DNA from: Styela clava
Taxonomy: Eukaryota
DNA length: 64,000 bases
NCBI RefSeq assembly: GCF_964204865.1
Contig: NC_135260.1
Location: 14,570,001 to 14,634,000, forward strand
Reading direction: 5' to 3'
In this document: positions 40,201 to 55,200 of the stretch, piece by piece
Layout: the number at the start of each line of letters is the position of its first letter
Numbering within the stretch: the stretch's first letter is position 1
Translations under genes and position numbers: made by a program
The notes under the pieces: generated by a model
The model's database searches: none
Seen by the model: only the letters and a program-made list of their open reading frames with translations
Told to the model about the DNA's origin: nothing

Positions 40201-43200
40201 TTGTATAAAAGTATTGTATTCATCATATCGGTCAACGCATGGACCAGTGAAAGATCAAGTTTCAAAATTTGAACAAGGAGATGCACTCGGAAATAATTTT
40301 CTATACTTCGTTTCATCAAATTACTAACGACAGCCAATCAAATTTTACAGAAGTAGACTCAGGACATCGCAATGTCTAACAATATATTGTAAGGCGTAAT
40401 AGTAGAATAGCAAACTATTGCACGGGGACATCTGAAACAATGGGATTCATGTTTAAATCATGTCGCAATACGACAAAGGAGAAATCTGTATTTCTGTATT
40501 GCAACATTTTTTCCAACGTTATCTTTTATATTCGGGTATTTAATACATACCGCGTTTAGCTAAAACACAGTGCTCATTGAGTACTTGAAAATTCAGGAGT
40601 ACTTCGATTTACAAACCACAGAGCTTGCTATATTGCACAATTTTGTTTCAAAATCAGGACGCGGTGTATCTACCATCGTCACTACGCAACGTAAAGTGCC
40701 AATTTAAGGTAGAAAGGTGTATTTGTCAGGTGTTGTTGTCAACTGTAATTTACACACAGATTTGAATAATTACAGCAATTCTGACTGTTCTGAGACGGTA
40801 TTGTATAATAAGGGCATCAGGCTATTATACAATTCGAATTCTGTAAAAATACGAAATTTTATGAAGCGCGGTGCGTACATGAACCGGCCCTGCCAAATAT
40901 TTTTCATTAGTAGTTTATGCTTGATAAAGCGTGAGTGTACCGTCCAAGTAACTAAAATCGTCAATGGTACATTTTGCCATAATGGCATGTTTCTATATCG
41001 AACTCTTGGTGTCTTTGTCACGCATGTTTTTGAACCCGACTCCTCGACCACATCATGAGATTTAACTACCGGTGTATAGGTTTTGAGAAAATAAAAAAGT
41101 TCTCGTATCATGTGATCGAAGATGTATTCTCCAATCCGGGCGTATTCCCAAAACATAGAACGTAATTATTTATAGGTTAAAATAAATAATAACGTAACAG
41201 TTGGTTGCCATCGAAATATACAAAGCACAACATATTAACTTCTCATGCCAGCATATTAGATATATCAATTTGAAACGCCACGTTTTCTGGTATATGAGTT
41301 GTTATTTTAAACACACTTAAACGCAAAAATCACTGAGGATAACTACTGTCAAAATATTTAAATTTCATAGACTTAAGGACTACTTTGAAAAAGGTGTTAC
41401 GGGGTCAAGTAAAAAATGAGAGATTGAGTTTCTGACAGATATATTCATTATCATATTACCGACAAGATGCTGCAAGAAAGTTCAACGACCCAGTATTGGA
41501 GATCATTGATCTAGACAAGAAAGACTTGTTCGCTGTTTGTTCAATGTTCAGCGCGCATTTGTGGTTCAAAACCCAAGTCTAGCCGAAGGGCAACCAACGT
41601 ACGATAGTGGGATAGGCTTGTCTTGGCTGGTTATCGCATTCCTAAGATATGACGCGAGTTATAACAAACTTATCAACGGATCAAGTATGTTTATGGTGTA
41701 TAGAAGCAACTATTATATTAACCATAAGATTCAAGTACAAATTTTACATATAATCTCATATGGAGCCAACCGTAACTTATCGCAATTGCTCTTTATCGAA
41801 GATGAACCACGATCTGTATTATTAATAAATTTAATAAATAAAACTTTTCCGTTTCATAACCCACATTAGATATTCTTGTACTGGCTTGGTATATCATTGA
41901 AACGCGCCAAGAAGGCTCGGTTTATGTGTGACCAATAAAGAACAATTCTCAACAAGAGATAATATTAGCTCAAATAGTAAATTTTAATTCAGTGAAGCGA
42001 ATCTAATTGGACTGAAAGTACAATAATGAATTATGAACATCATTTCTTGTGGTACGAGTTCAACTTCAGGTTTTGTCTTTGGAACCTAATAGAGGTAAAT
42101 GTATGTATGGGTAGGAATGTAAATTTTTACACACGTTACGGTCGTTAACTTTCCTGAGCAAACAATGCTATAACTCAACTTGAGACAGTCTAGTCATTCC
42201 AAATCAGGCTGTTCCGCTCTCGTAGATAACACAAGAGAAAACTGAGGCGCGTGGGCGCATGTTTCTGTCATCATGCTCGTTTATGACGTAATAAGAGGAT
42301 TAAGTTTTCGCAAGGGGTCGATTTACTTTTAGTCCGAGATTGAAATCGCTTTCAAGCGCAGTTGTGCGTATATTCAACCGCGCCTGAAGAATTCTTTGTG
42401 AATGACATCGTGCGAAAAGGTCCAATGGTGAAATATCCTACTCTTGCGAAAATGCTGGAATGACTGCGCGTTTTTAAGCCGCGACAAATGGGTACTTGTA
42501 TATCATATATGAATACTTCAGAAGGCGTGTGAGGATTTTGATATGACGTATAAAGTGGGAAGATTTGATGGACTACTGAAGTGGACATCTTATGACAATT
42601 ATGACCAATTGCAGCTTAAAGTGGGTGACGTTATATATTGGTTAACATCGAATAAACGCTAGCCACCTCGGATGATCTCATCCTAATATTCTATAATTGC
42701 GAAGGCGGTGTACAATAATGGCGGAAACAAATGAGTTAGATGTGATGTAATCATGCTGATTGCTTTTAATGTTGCGTACGTTTCGATTTTAAGTTGAAAA
42801 TGTCACAATTTGCGGACTACGTAATATTTCAGCAATATACGCAGAAATAGCTGATTAATTGGTAATTTTTTACAACAAAAAATCCCTGAAAGGAAAGTGG
42901 TAATTTTATGTGAATTTTTCGAAGATAATTACCATTAACCAAGTGCCATACATGACTGACACTATCTACCCTTGATTCATACTTGGCAGTGAGTAAATGG
43001 GAAATTAAAGCTAAACACACCTGTGACCATAGCTCGAATTAACAAGCTATTTCGAAATGGTCCATACTTGAAACGTGAACCCCATATTGATAAACTACAA
43101 ATCAATCCAATAAAATATCAAGCGAAGTCAAAATATTTTGTCCATAACGATGAATATCCTATTCAATTGATCACTAAACAACCATTTACGCATGTCATAT

Positions 43201-46200
43201 TTTGTCAATTTATCATAATTCACTGAATGTTTAAGGAACACAAAATCAATAATAAATCAAATTCATATGATGTAGTGAGAGTACATAGTGAACACCAGCC
43301 GAGGTTTATAGAGAAAACCAATTTTTTTTCTGTATTTATTTCGTCATAATGAATTAAACAAACGCTTGGACCCATCCAATCACCTCTCTCTGATTGTAGC
43401 TAATGTAAATTTGTTAAATCCCTTTATAGCTTTAAACATACTCAAGTACAATTGTTAAGACCATATAAAGCTGTGGTATTAATTTATTGCCAGTATATCC
43501 TTTCTCGTAACTAAAGAATTTTCTTGGACGTGACAATCAGCAGTTATTCATTGCGTAGAAAGGTGAAGTCTTTTTGGAACAACGAACAACAAATCGTTGG
43601 TTTTTTCCATCAATTTCAAGATACATACATTGCAATGAAAGTTTGGTTAGCATGTCAAGTCAATCTTCCAAAGGTAATCCATTTAGGCTAAAATGTCTAA
43701 TTATAATATATTGCTTTGACGTTAGACAACAGAAAACGGGTAAACAAAACTGCTATCCGATCGACATATATAGCTGGCAAAAGCGCTATTCCAGAAAGCG
43801 CATGTTGGTCAAATTTAGGTATGACCCTGTTGGTATCATTCCAAACATAATTCCTAATACGTGCAAGGAAAAACGATCAAATTGACTCTTATAGTGCTAC
43901 TTTCATTCGTTCATTGATAACTGAGAACGATAAATTATCACATGAAAATCCACGTGGATTCAACAATTTTTTCAAGTTTTAGGTCATTCCTGTGTGATGG
44001 TATTAGCAATTCAGTCTTTGAAACAAGTTTTAAACACAAGAAAATAATGCTGACATGATCATAGATAAACCGGGTTTAAGTGCATGTGTCGTATGAAGCC
44101 CATGTATGTCAATAGTCTAGGAATATCAATTTATCAATTAGACAAAAATTAATGTCCGGAGCTGACTAATGTCTATGATCAGGCTGACGCAACTTATTTT
44201 TTTTCTGTATTTTCTCCGATCAAGTAAGAACGAGGATAATTCTTTTATAAAAAATACAATCCAGCTGAGTAACCTTTTCATTGACGTAAACGCGGTTGAG
44301 ATTTGTGGTGACACATTAGTTGATTTATTTCTTCTTTTTTTCTTTCAAGTTTTCTATTTAAAAAACCGCCTTTTTTCGTTATTTTTTGCACGAAGTAGAA
44401 AATTTCGTGAAGTGTCGATCTGTCATTCATTAATTTAATCCCCAAACGCAAATTGTTGAATGTCAGTTCCGTCTTTGTGAAATAAATCTTGTTTGGGACC
44501 AATATGTGACATTCTATAGACACATTACGCCCTTCAGTTTCCTGCTTTTGCTATATAGCAGTTTCTATCGATATTTTCCCCATCATAAATTATATCATGT
44601 CTATCATGTGCCACAACGGACATGAATCCTCTGTTTGAACCATTCAGCAACATAAAACGCGCAATATCGTTATTTCTAATAATTAAAGTTCACGTCAGAC
44701 TTCTTGGATTTTAATTCTAATCGCTTTGTATTCAAACTATGGGACAGAGATTTTTAGGAACAGCATCACAAAATGTGGGATAGAGGTTTTCAGGACCGGC
44801 ATTACGGAATATGAAACAGAGGTTTTCGGGACGGCATCACGGAATATGGAACAGAGGTTTTCGGGACGGCATCGTGGAATATAGAACAGAGGTTTGAATA
44901 GATGAGAACGCATGGGCGCGACTAAAGACGGGGGTGTTGATTCTACTGAAATCCAATGCTATTCAACAATGTTCGTTGTTACATTACCACAATTTATCCT
45001 ATACACTTCTTTGTACATACGGATTAACCAACTTTCCTTCCGGGTCAGATTAGCTTGAAATACCCAATTCCACAAAGTCGTATAAGCTGCTGAGACCACA
45101 ATAAACAGAATAACAGATCAACGTGATTGGTTGGTTATGATTATTTGAAAGGAGAAAATATGTTAAATTGAAAAGAGCATTTGTGTGCAGCAAAATGAAC
45201 TAATATCAGAGGAGTGTCGTGGTCTGGAAAGCAATTAGTGATCTTTATTAATACAAACCTTTTGACCACATGAGGTTCATTGTAAATTATTAGTCAGTCT
45301 GTTTATGTAAAATTGACAATCCAATATTCAGTCAAACTAATTGTTCCGAGTATAAGTCAAGAGATTCATTTATGCCAATTGTTTATCTCATTATTGGCAA
45401 ACGCCAGATGCACAAACATGCGTATTATAATGACTACGGTATTGCCAAAAAAATGAAAAATATTGCGAATCGTGATTGCGCGTGAACCAAAATTTGTGCC
45501 AGGTGTGGCATTTATTACGATTTTGGACTCTTTTCACGGTTTTTCATTGTTTTTGCAAGGTTTTGCAAGGTGTTTGGTAGTTTTTGACGTTTTTTTAAAA
45601 CGTTTTATAAAATACAAGTGCAATCTATAGACTAAATCAGCGCTTTCGCTCTGAACAAGGCTCTAAGCAGGGCAGCCACTGACATCTAGCGATATGTAAG
45701 GGGCTAATATTATTCGGAATGATCGGGATTTTTCCGGCTGCGCATTGCCTAGTCCTATCCCATTTATCGTATAACCTGGATGGATGGGGGGGGGGGGGGA
45801 GGCATGTGATTTAAATCACAGATGTATAATATGGAATGCGAGCTCAATTAGGTCTAACGTTTTAGCGCTTGATTAAATTTTTTTTGATCTCAATGAACAA
45901 GGCTTTATGCAGAAAACAACGTGACGTACATAGCAAAAATGAACACTAACAATCGCTTAAATTACTACAACACGGTTTCGAATAGTTGACATAATAATCT
46001 TTATCGAATTAGACATAAAGTTGCGAAGCAGACAATTTTATTAAACGTGCGGTCTATACTTTTTATGTGATAAACGAAGTCTTTGTATTGGGCAAAAATA
46101 TTCGGGAAATGAAATGAACTCATCGTGTATGCTATTCCGGTAATATAACCAACCACGCAAAGGGGTCAACTACCGCGATTCAGGGTGATTTACAGTAAAT

Positions 46201-49200
46201 TAATTACATGACACGATAAGACATTCCAAACATCAAAAATGATGATGACATCTCTCCATTCTTGCATAGTTACCCGAAAATGTCATTCCTGCCCAGAACG
46301 GGCGCCAAAACCTATGTTCGGAATGCTATCGAACATGTTATCACCAAACGGCTGTACCAGGAATTTGCAAATTGCAGCTGAACAAACACCAATACTTGTG
46401 TATGTTAGAATAACTATAATCTTTTTCGGCGATTGCAAATTAGGTATAGCAAAATCAAGCAACATACATAATTGTACATATATCAACAAGCGAGCACCCT
46501 AAAATACCATTGTTTTATCTTTCACTTCTGTATTAACCGGAATAACAAAACTACTGCAAAATAAATAAAAAAATCACGTTGTTTTCTATTTGGTTTAAGT
46601 AATTAAACTTGGAGATCACCTAGCAAACCAAATTTGTAAATATTCCGCTTGTAGGATTCTATTTATTCTCTATAAACAAACAGATAAACAAATCAAACAT
46701 TGCATTTCTTGTAAATGAGCGCAATCAAGTTCAAATCAAAACATTTCACGCTCTTCATACAAAACTAAGCGTGGGGCCCATATGGAGTCGCCTAATTATG
46801 CATTGGCCAACTATAAAGGAATCGAAAGTAAACCTAAGTTGAAGAGGTCAATTCAAGTTGAGGTACGAGAGTTATAATAGTTATCGGTATATCGCATAGT
46901 CTTTTTTCATTTATATATTAGATTAAAATGCCTAACTCAATCGTTTATATACATATGCAACAGTTGTGTGAAAGCGGCACGTAGCAAATAACACAGCGAG
47001 GGCGTTGCACACTAGTCGAGATAACGAAAATAAATTGAAAACAAAAATGCTATCCATCAATTTATCTGCTGCTAGTAATTTCATTTTAGCTGCAAAATAT
47101 TTTGTTTTGCAATTGTTATCTCTTCTTTTATTGCAAATTCTTATCACCATCTAAGGTCTGCGTACGCGACAGGTCGGTTTTGAGTTGCGAATAGCTAATG
47201 CTTAAATTGCGTGTCTGAGATTATTTTCTTTGCATTTTAATTATTTATTCCACCTGCTCTGAAATGACGGCCTGGTGGTGACACCCGCCAAGTTTGACAT
47301 TGGTTTTGTGGGAAGATTACATCTAATCTTCAGACTTAAAATGGTGATTTACATCTAATATAGATAAGTCAAGACTCAAGAGTGCTTTTTGCGTTATCAC
47401 AGATTATCTTAGATCGAATGAGATCAGAAATAAATTGATTCATAAAGATGTGTTTATTTATTTATTATTATTGCCAACGCGGGGGCCAACTATAAATCAG
47501 TGTACATTTTCAAATAAAGTTTGGGTGATAGTAATAATAAGGTAAGCATCTGGGTAATAGAAACAACCACTCAATTGGGTTGGCTGGTTTAGGGGTAAAA
47601 AACCCATATATAATTATATTTGAATTCTTGTTTTCGTTTAGGTAAGGTTAAACTAAAGGTCGAAATAACTACTATTCTTTCGGAATGAACCAATCAAGCC
47701 TGAATCAGTAAAACACAAACGCGATAATAATAATTATAATCGTATCATACATGATCAGTCAAATTTCGTATGAAAAATTCCATCGTTTAGGCGGTTGTAG
47801 ATAATGTCACTTTACCCATATTCTCGGGTTATCTTACAACAGGCGACGCATACCAGTGACCACGAAGCATAGAAAATTGCCATTTTATTTCGTTCAAACT
47901 TTTTTTCATAAAATATCATTCCTATAATTTTCATTTTACGTGCAGAAAGAGAGAGATGGTATCGACATAAAATTCACTGATAAATTTCCCGGAAAGCGAC
48001 AAAGGCGAGCTGTGTCTTGTACCATGCCAGCATAAATAAGTAAATAAAAATACGAGACATGAATTTGGCTTATGGTAAATCTTAAAAAAACAAAAATATA
48101 AAGAAAAAGAGAAACTTTGCCTTAGGGGTGATATATCATCCTGTTGTAAGGTATTTACGTAAGACGAGAGAAACGTGTAAATCATGTGTAGTCATCAGCA
48201 CCCCGACATAAGAGATTTCAATGTACGATAATTAGGAATTTTACAAGGCATGTGTTGAACTCACTGCCTATATTACAGATCAATACCTTTCTACGGAAGA
48301 AGCTATTCAAATGTGGGTTAAGGCCATACATCCAACCCTATCTCGAATTTCCGAGCGCCTGATTTGAAAGAAATTAAATTTCAGGTACTGCTTCATGAAT
48401 TCACACGTTAAGAGTCATAATTGCTGAAATATTTTATTATTGTCTATGTACATTAGAAAGGTAAAGCAGGTACACTTGTGAAACTGAACTAGCCTTGACC
48501 TAAACACACAATAGGGACACGGATACATAGATCGGGGGACTTCCACGAATCGAAGATAATAGACGGAAAGCATCAAACATGTTATTTTCAAAAGAGCTTT
48601 GCGAGATTCCCCGCGTGTGTGTGCGGCTGCGGAAAATTGTCATTCAATCAGTAAATCATAATGAATTGAAAAGGTAATAAACGCGATGCAGGGTGTTTTT
48701 TTTATCAAGTACATTCAGCAACAAAATAGGTATATTCTTTGCTTTGTAAAATTGATCTACGATGTTTCAACATCCTAGGACCTAGAGCTTCCAATATAAC
48801 AAAGCCAACGTGTTGTTGGATTTCATACTCTAATGTAAAGTTTGTTTCAGCTTCTGCGCAGATTCGCTTATGAACGCAACGTATTTAAAACTGAATACTT
48901 TTTAAAAAACCCAGATCATTTAAAAAATTAACGTTAGAAAAATAAAGGTGTTTAATGACGTTTTAATCTGGACATCAGACTATGTAGGTATAATCTATAA
49001 TTGGAATCGTGTGCACGTGATCCATACACAGTGCCCTCGGTATATTACAGAAAGTCAGTTTGGTATACCCAAAACGATTCTAACCAACTCGTATTGTTGA
49101 AATTAAATAATAGTATAAAGCTAACAATTTTCATATTTGGCAGTTCTCAGACGGTAAAACGATTTTCAAATTTTGAAGAGCAGGTCAGTTCAAGTTTAAT

Positions 49201-52200
49201 TTTACATTATTGATCTTTGTTTATTTCAGCCCGGCAACGTATAACAAAATCAAACTTATTCAAAAAATGAAGAAAGAAAATTATAAATAAATACAAAGGG
49301 ATTAAATCTTTTGATTTCAAAAAGTTCAAATTTTTGAAACATCAAAAGCCGTGATCCGAAAAAGATAAGTCTCCTTTATGTTTTAGATTCTTTTTACTGT
49401 ATCCCGAACTAAGTCCTAATCAAAAATTCGTTTAGTGAATTTTCGACACGCTAGTCATCTCATAAGATCTGAGGCAACTAACCGTCTCAGTTCCATTTCG
49501 AAAGCATTTTTCTTTATGTCCGGCGGCATTATTTGATATTGAAGGTCTATCGACCGCTATGACGCACGTAGGTTTTGTTTTATTCAGATAAATCAAGGTT
49601 TTGTATCTATTTCGCAATGTTGTGTAAGCAATGAAGCAAGCTGGTAGACGAGTAGTTGAAAATCGCCCACCTTGTTCCATCCATTCATTCATCTTTTGCA
49701 AAAATGACAGTGATTCAACCCAACATTAGCGGAACAAAAATTGATTCTATTTATTTTCTTACACTTCATTTTATTCAACACGAATTTAATGAAGTATTTA
49801 ATTTGAAATATCATTTAAAGATTATCACATGTAAGTTGAGATACTGGGGGATTGTGCATTGAACTGCAGTATTTAATTTAAAATATTATTTAAAACTTAT
49901 CACAGGTAAGTTGAAATACTAAGGTATTGTGCATTGAACTACAAGTCCTTTCTCTTTGTCTAGTTCCTATTTCGGATACGCATGTTGCTGTTGTTACAAG
50001 AATTCTTGAACGAGATAATATCAAAGTGATAAATAAAAATAACAATATCTTTCCAAGAAAAAAAAAAGTATATTAGTATTAGTATATTTGCTATTTCATG
50101 GAAAGAGATTATCTTATTCTTATTTGATATAATGTAAAAAATAACGAGTATGCAAGATTTCAGAATTCAAATACCCTATGGAGAATATGCTTTTGTTTAT
50201 AATATGCAGGTGTTTTAAGCCTTACGAATTTAAACCGTAATCACCATGATAAAACAGGTGATTTCCTTCGACCACACGAGCTACCATATTATAAAGCACC
50301 AGAATATTATTTTTTTTTCAATATATGCTACCGAATTGATTGTTCTTTGTATGACTCCGTTAGAAACCGAAAATTCTGAATGCCTCATACATGCATCGAA
50401 ACTGAACTGTTATTGTTAAGTGCGACAAGGGCTCGAAGTCCCAAACACTCATCAGACGAATTTTTACGTAACGTTGTCTCGGACAAGTTCCCAGAACCTT
50501 ACGTTAAAGGAAGCGACGCTGACGTTCATAGATAAACTTCATCGATGACTTTTTAACCAGAAATGTCATATAGGATATCCGTTGCATGAGATGTGTCAAG
50601 TTATAAAACGCCGCCAACTTGGTTTCCCATTAGCACTATCTATCCAAAAAAGCCGATATCGCATTTATTATTTTTAAACTTCAGAGTGATTAATCATGTG
50701 CGATCCAATGGATATTTATTTAAAAAAAAATTTCTTGTACAATTTTAGGAAATTTTTTTTTAGTAAAGCAGCAATTTTAATAAACATAAGCCCAGTCCCC
50801 ATGAGATTAGTTCATTTTTGGTGAGCAAGAATAAAATAGGTGAAATGCTAAATCAAAAACGCATATCGAAAAGTCCATATTTTCAATTATCCATTATTTG
50901 TGAAATTAAAATTGGCTATAGAAAGTAGGTAAAAATAATGACATTTCGATAGCATTTCCGATTTTTGTTTTATTGTTTTCTCAATGTTAATTAACATGAA
51001 ATACTGTCAAAAGATATAATCAATAAAAATCATTCATCTTCGTCTTTTAATTTATTGTCTACTTGGAAAATATCTTTAGATTTAATACCATTGCAAATAT
51101 TTGGTATGGCGAATCGCCAGTACGAAACCAAAAAGCAACGAGGTATCAAAATGTTGATGACAGGTCTAGTCTGGAAAAAAGAATCAATAACACTGGAATA
51201 GGGTGCAAAATATACTGGGCCTTGACACTGACGTTAGTTAAATGTAAATTACGCATTTGGTCGTACATTGGTATCAAAGTTGGTCAGCGATGCCGACTCT
51301 CGAAACATTATCGGGGGTCCCCATAAAACCTCAGGATATAAAAAATTAATAGTCTATTATACATATATTTTATTACACAACCATAAAATTTGGTAATAAA
51401 CTGGCAAAGTGTATATCAAATATAAAAGCAATCCTATTTGCAAAGTGGTGCAACTTATCCACTGTGACGTCATACAAAAATTTTCTGACGCAAATGGAGA
51501 GTCATGCGGAACATCAATTTTCTTCGGGTTGGATGAACGACTTAATTATTTAAAATAGTTATATTTACACATAAGTTCAAACAAAAGACCTAAATTCAAT
51601 ATGCAGAATTCGCAAACCAAGTAAATTCCAATGTGAAAAAGTGTTCCTATTGTACACGTGGTACAATATTTGACCAATGCACGTCTATTCGCGCCATTAA
51701 TTCGATTATACAATCCAATCCGGTGTACTTGCAATCGATGTTTGAATAAGATAATGCGTTGGTATACAGTAGCATTGTCGTAAGCACTTTAAATTGTGAC
51801 GCCATGGAAAGACATTAAACAAATTTAACTATCGATGTATATTGCATAGTTGCATATTTTGAAACGGTACAATTTAAAATGGCCCGAGTTACACACACAG
51901 ACCAATTTATATTGATTTAACTATAGCATTTAAAACATGGATAGACTGCCACCAAAAGTTCGAAAAGTCACCGTGTCTATTACAGATTCATAAACCAGTT
52001 TGAATTAAATTAAAATCTTAATTTAAAATCCCTCTATTCGATTATAAAAGAAAAAACTGTCATTTAATTTACTTTTATATATTTCATTTGATTTGTTTTG
52101 TAGGTTTCTGTGTCAATTTACCGATGACATAAAATAAAAACGAAAGTCGCTAAACATTACCTACGTAGCGTGTATATAACATCATAATTAAATTACTAGA

Positions 52201-55200
52201 TCAAGCTAAGTCAGGGCGTTATTCCAGCGCTAGGATTTCCCCTATTCCGTACATTTAGTTCTATAATTAAACGTGGTATTTAGAGTTATAACTTATGACG
52301 CACATAAAATCACAATCTCGTATAAAATCTGCACACACTGGCCACGAAAACAAGTTAAATGTGAAAGACATGAACCATAAACGTATGTTATAATTTGATA
52401 ATGAATGAAAATATAATTATGCACGGAATACGGAATTAAACAACACTAGTTTCAATTCTGATCTGTTAAAGAAAACCCGAATGTGGAAGTTTGCTTTCGA
52501 ATAACATCTGATTTCATTTACAACGTAATTCATTATTATTCTGCATCAGTCAGATAATTTTAGGCAAACCTTTCGTCCTTATTTTAGACAAGGTTATGAA
52601 AAAGCAGTAATTTCAGGTTGTAAGACTTTTGCATTGCGTTGCAAGAATATTACACACAGGTGAAGAAGGGTGGAAATAAATTGGGGTACGAACTAACAGC
52701 TTCAACACAATTGCAATTATACACAATTAAATCCGATATATAAATTCGAACAAAAATGTTTATTGTTATCACTCCAGGACGAGGTTGGGCAATTTTTTTT
52801 TCTAGCAAGAAAAATTTAATTTGGAAACTACTCTAAATTAAAGATGTTTTAAGGGCATATATGATGGCATAGTTATAGTTACATATTTTATATAAAGTTT
52901 TAAAATAAATATAAATTTTGTAAGTAGTAGTATGAAATTTTCACCAACAGTAGGAGACCGCAAATGGCTTTGGCGGGCACAGTTTGTTCACTCATGCACC
53001 AGGGAATGGATATTGCTTATATGACCGTTGAATTCAGAAATTTACTTGTCATTTACAACAGTAATAAGTATCCCACCCAGTGTAGGCTCAATTGAAATTT
53101 GTATATCTCTATCTGCGATAGGGGGGTCATTCCATTTTTTTAATTGGTCGAAAGCTACAGAGGTTCATATTTGTATTGCTATAGTGTTTGAAACAAAAGG
53201 TATTCTGTGTGAAAATATATTTAATATTCGTCAATATTAAGACTACTGGGAGTACTGTTGTATTGAGCAATTACTGAGGAACTACGCCACTGTGGCGTAT
53301 GGAAATGACATTAATATGAAGCGGTAGGAGAAATTTTCAACAAACAATGGTTAATTAGACATGGGAGTCATTATTTCCAAAAGTCGCGGTTCGCTATATT
53401 ATAGATGAGCTTACAAAAACGCAGTTTTTTCTTCGACAACAACATTAAAATCGAAAAAAGAAAACAATAATTGGACCTAAATATTTGTGAGAAAAATCTC
53501 AATACGGCTAAAAGCAGCATTTATGAAGTAATTTCATCCAATTTTCCAGCAATAATCTGTTGCTATTTGGCCAATCAGTGAAAAACAGTGAGAAGCAATT
53601 GGTATCTATGGCCAGGCATGATTGGAAAACTAGGGGCATCTTCTCACCTAGCAATTATTCTATGTTATTGGCGATAGAACAAAACATTTTCAGTGAAATT
53701 ACATACTAGAACCAGACCATCGAAGATTAACATATTTTCAAATGTAAGGCTGTAATTGTTTAACCGTTTAAGATTATAAAGCAAATTTAATTGTTTTGTT
53801 TTGACGAGGTTTGTTTTGCCATCGGAGAAACGGATACACCATGAGATGAGGTATATATGATAATTTCTTATATAACTATTTCTTATACTAGTTTGCCCTG
53901 AGCTTTCAACTAAAATTGATAATAGAAAAGTTTGCAAGCGACAACTGAAGAATAAAGTGCTATGTATCTGTTAAATCGACCACATATTTGTCAGTAGATA
54001 TCGGTTAATGCAGTGGTATTATCGGAATCACGCCCAAAAATACAAACTTCCATCAACAGACGTAAGACGTGAAATATCCCTATCAACTGATATCGTATGG
54101 TTGACGAATATTCAACAAAGGGATGAATTAGAAGAACGCTGATTTCAAACCAACTCCGAAACTAATCCCCAACTCTAATTTATTACAAGCGATGTCAAAA
54201 TCCAACCCTCAAAAGGTTACAAATTACGTGAATTCGGAACTGCCCGCATGTAAAACCAAATATACATTTCCTGATAAATCGAAACAAGGTCCTTCGCGAT
54301 CAATTTCCCATTCGAAACAACTGCGCTACTTTTCGCGCATGGGTGACCCTAAAACGGTACCATTTGCGTCATACGATGTTTATTAGTGTAGAGGTCAAAA
54401 CTATTCCAGGGGTTGTCAGTACATTGTTCACACGCGACAAACTAAATAGAAATAATAAATCAATGCGTGACCGAGATTCAATATACCAGTCCGAAATAAC
54501 TTTATATTTATATACCTATAAGCTACTTTAGTTGACTACGATAAACGCAAATTGAAAAGTTTCTTCGGGGTTAAGGATGGCGCTATCTGATAGCCTTTAT
54601 AGGGTCAACATTGCTCTTTACACATTTTTATCATTTAAGATGTACTTGACAATCAAACGGTACTTTCTTTAAACCCTTTTCTCAAATGTATGAAAGAAAC
54701 TGTTACATTTTATAACAAGTCAGGAGACCGATGACGCGCCACAAACGCAAAAGAACATTAAAAAGGTATTTGCAAACACAGAAGAAAATACAGGTTCCGT
54801 TTTGGACCGCTAGAGTTCCGCGTCTCTATTTGCGTTTCGATCGTATTTTCGATGTAACCGCAGAAATGACTCAAGAATGTGTTTCATCGAACATGGTTGT
54901 TATATGAATCCTTCTTTTATGTGTGATGAATATGTGGTCATTATCGTTTGAATACAAGCAGTAAGTGTTGTCTACATAAAGAAAAGGCCCATAAAACATT
55001 GTCTTCGATTTCATCGAGCAAACACCGATGACAGGTGGGAGGAGATGACAAACAGAAGAAGTCAATCTTACGCCGTACTTTGTAACCATAAAATAACCAA
55101 ACGAATGAAGTTCTGTATTATAATGTATACTGGCTGTGGCTGTATGAATGCAAGTATGAAGTATGAATGCAAATTTCGTTGGTTCGATTTTGTGTGGCGG

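Noticed and set aside
40717-41156. Overlapping 113-aa (+) and 128-aa (-) ORFs in the large intron
   Set aside because: No recognisable domain and no convincing phase-1 donor to join PDE4; compatible with chance, although not excluded.
44741-44895. ~34-bp repeats of CRISPR-like length
   Set aside because: Head-to-tail with no spacers; a minisatellite.
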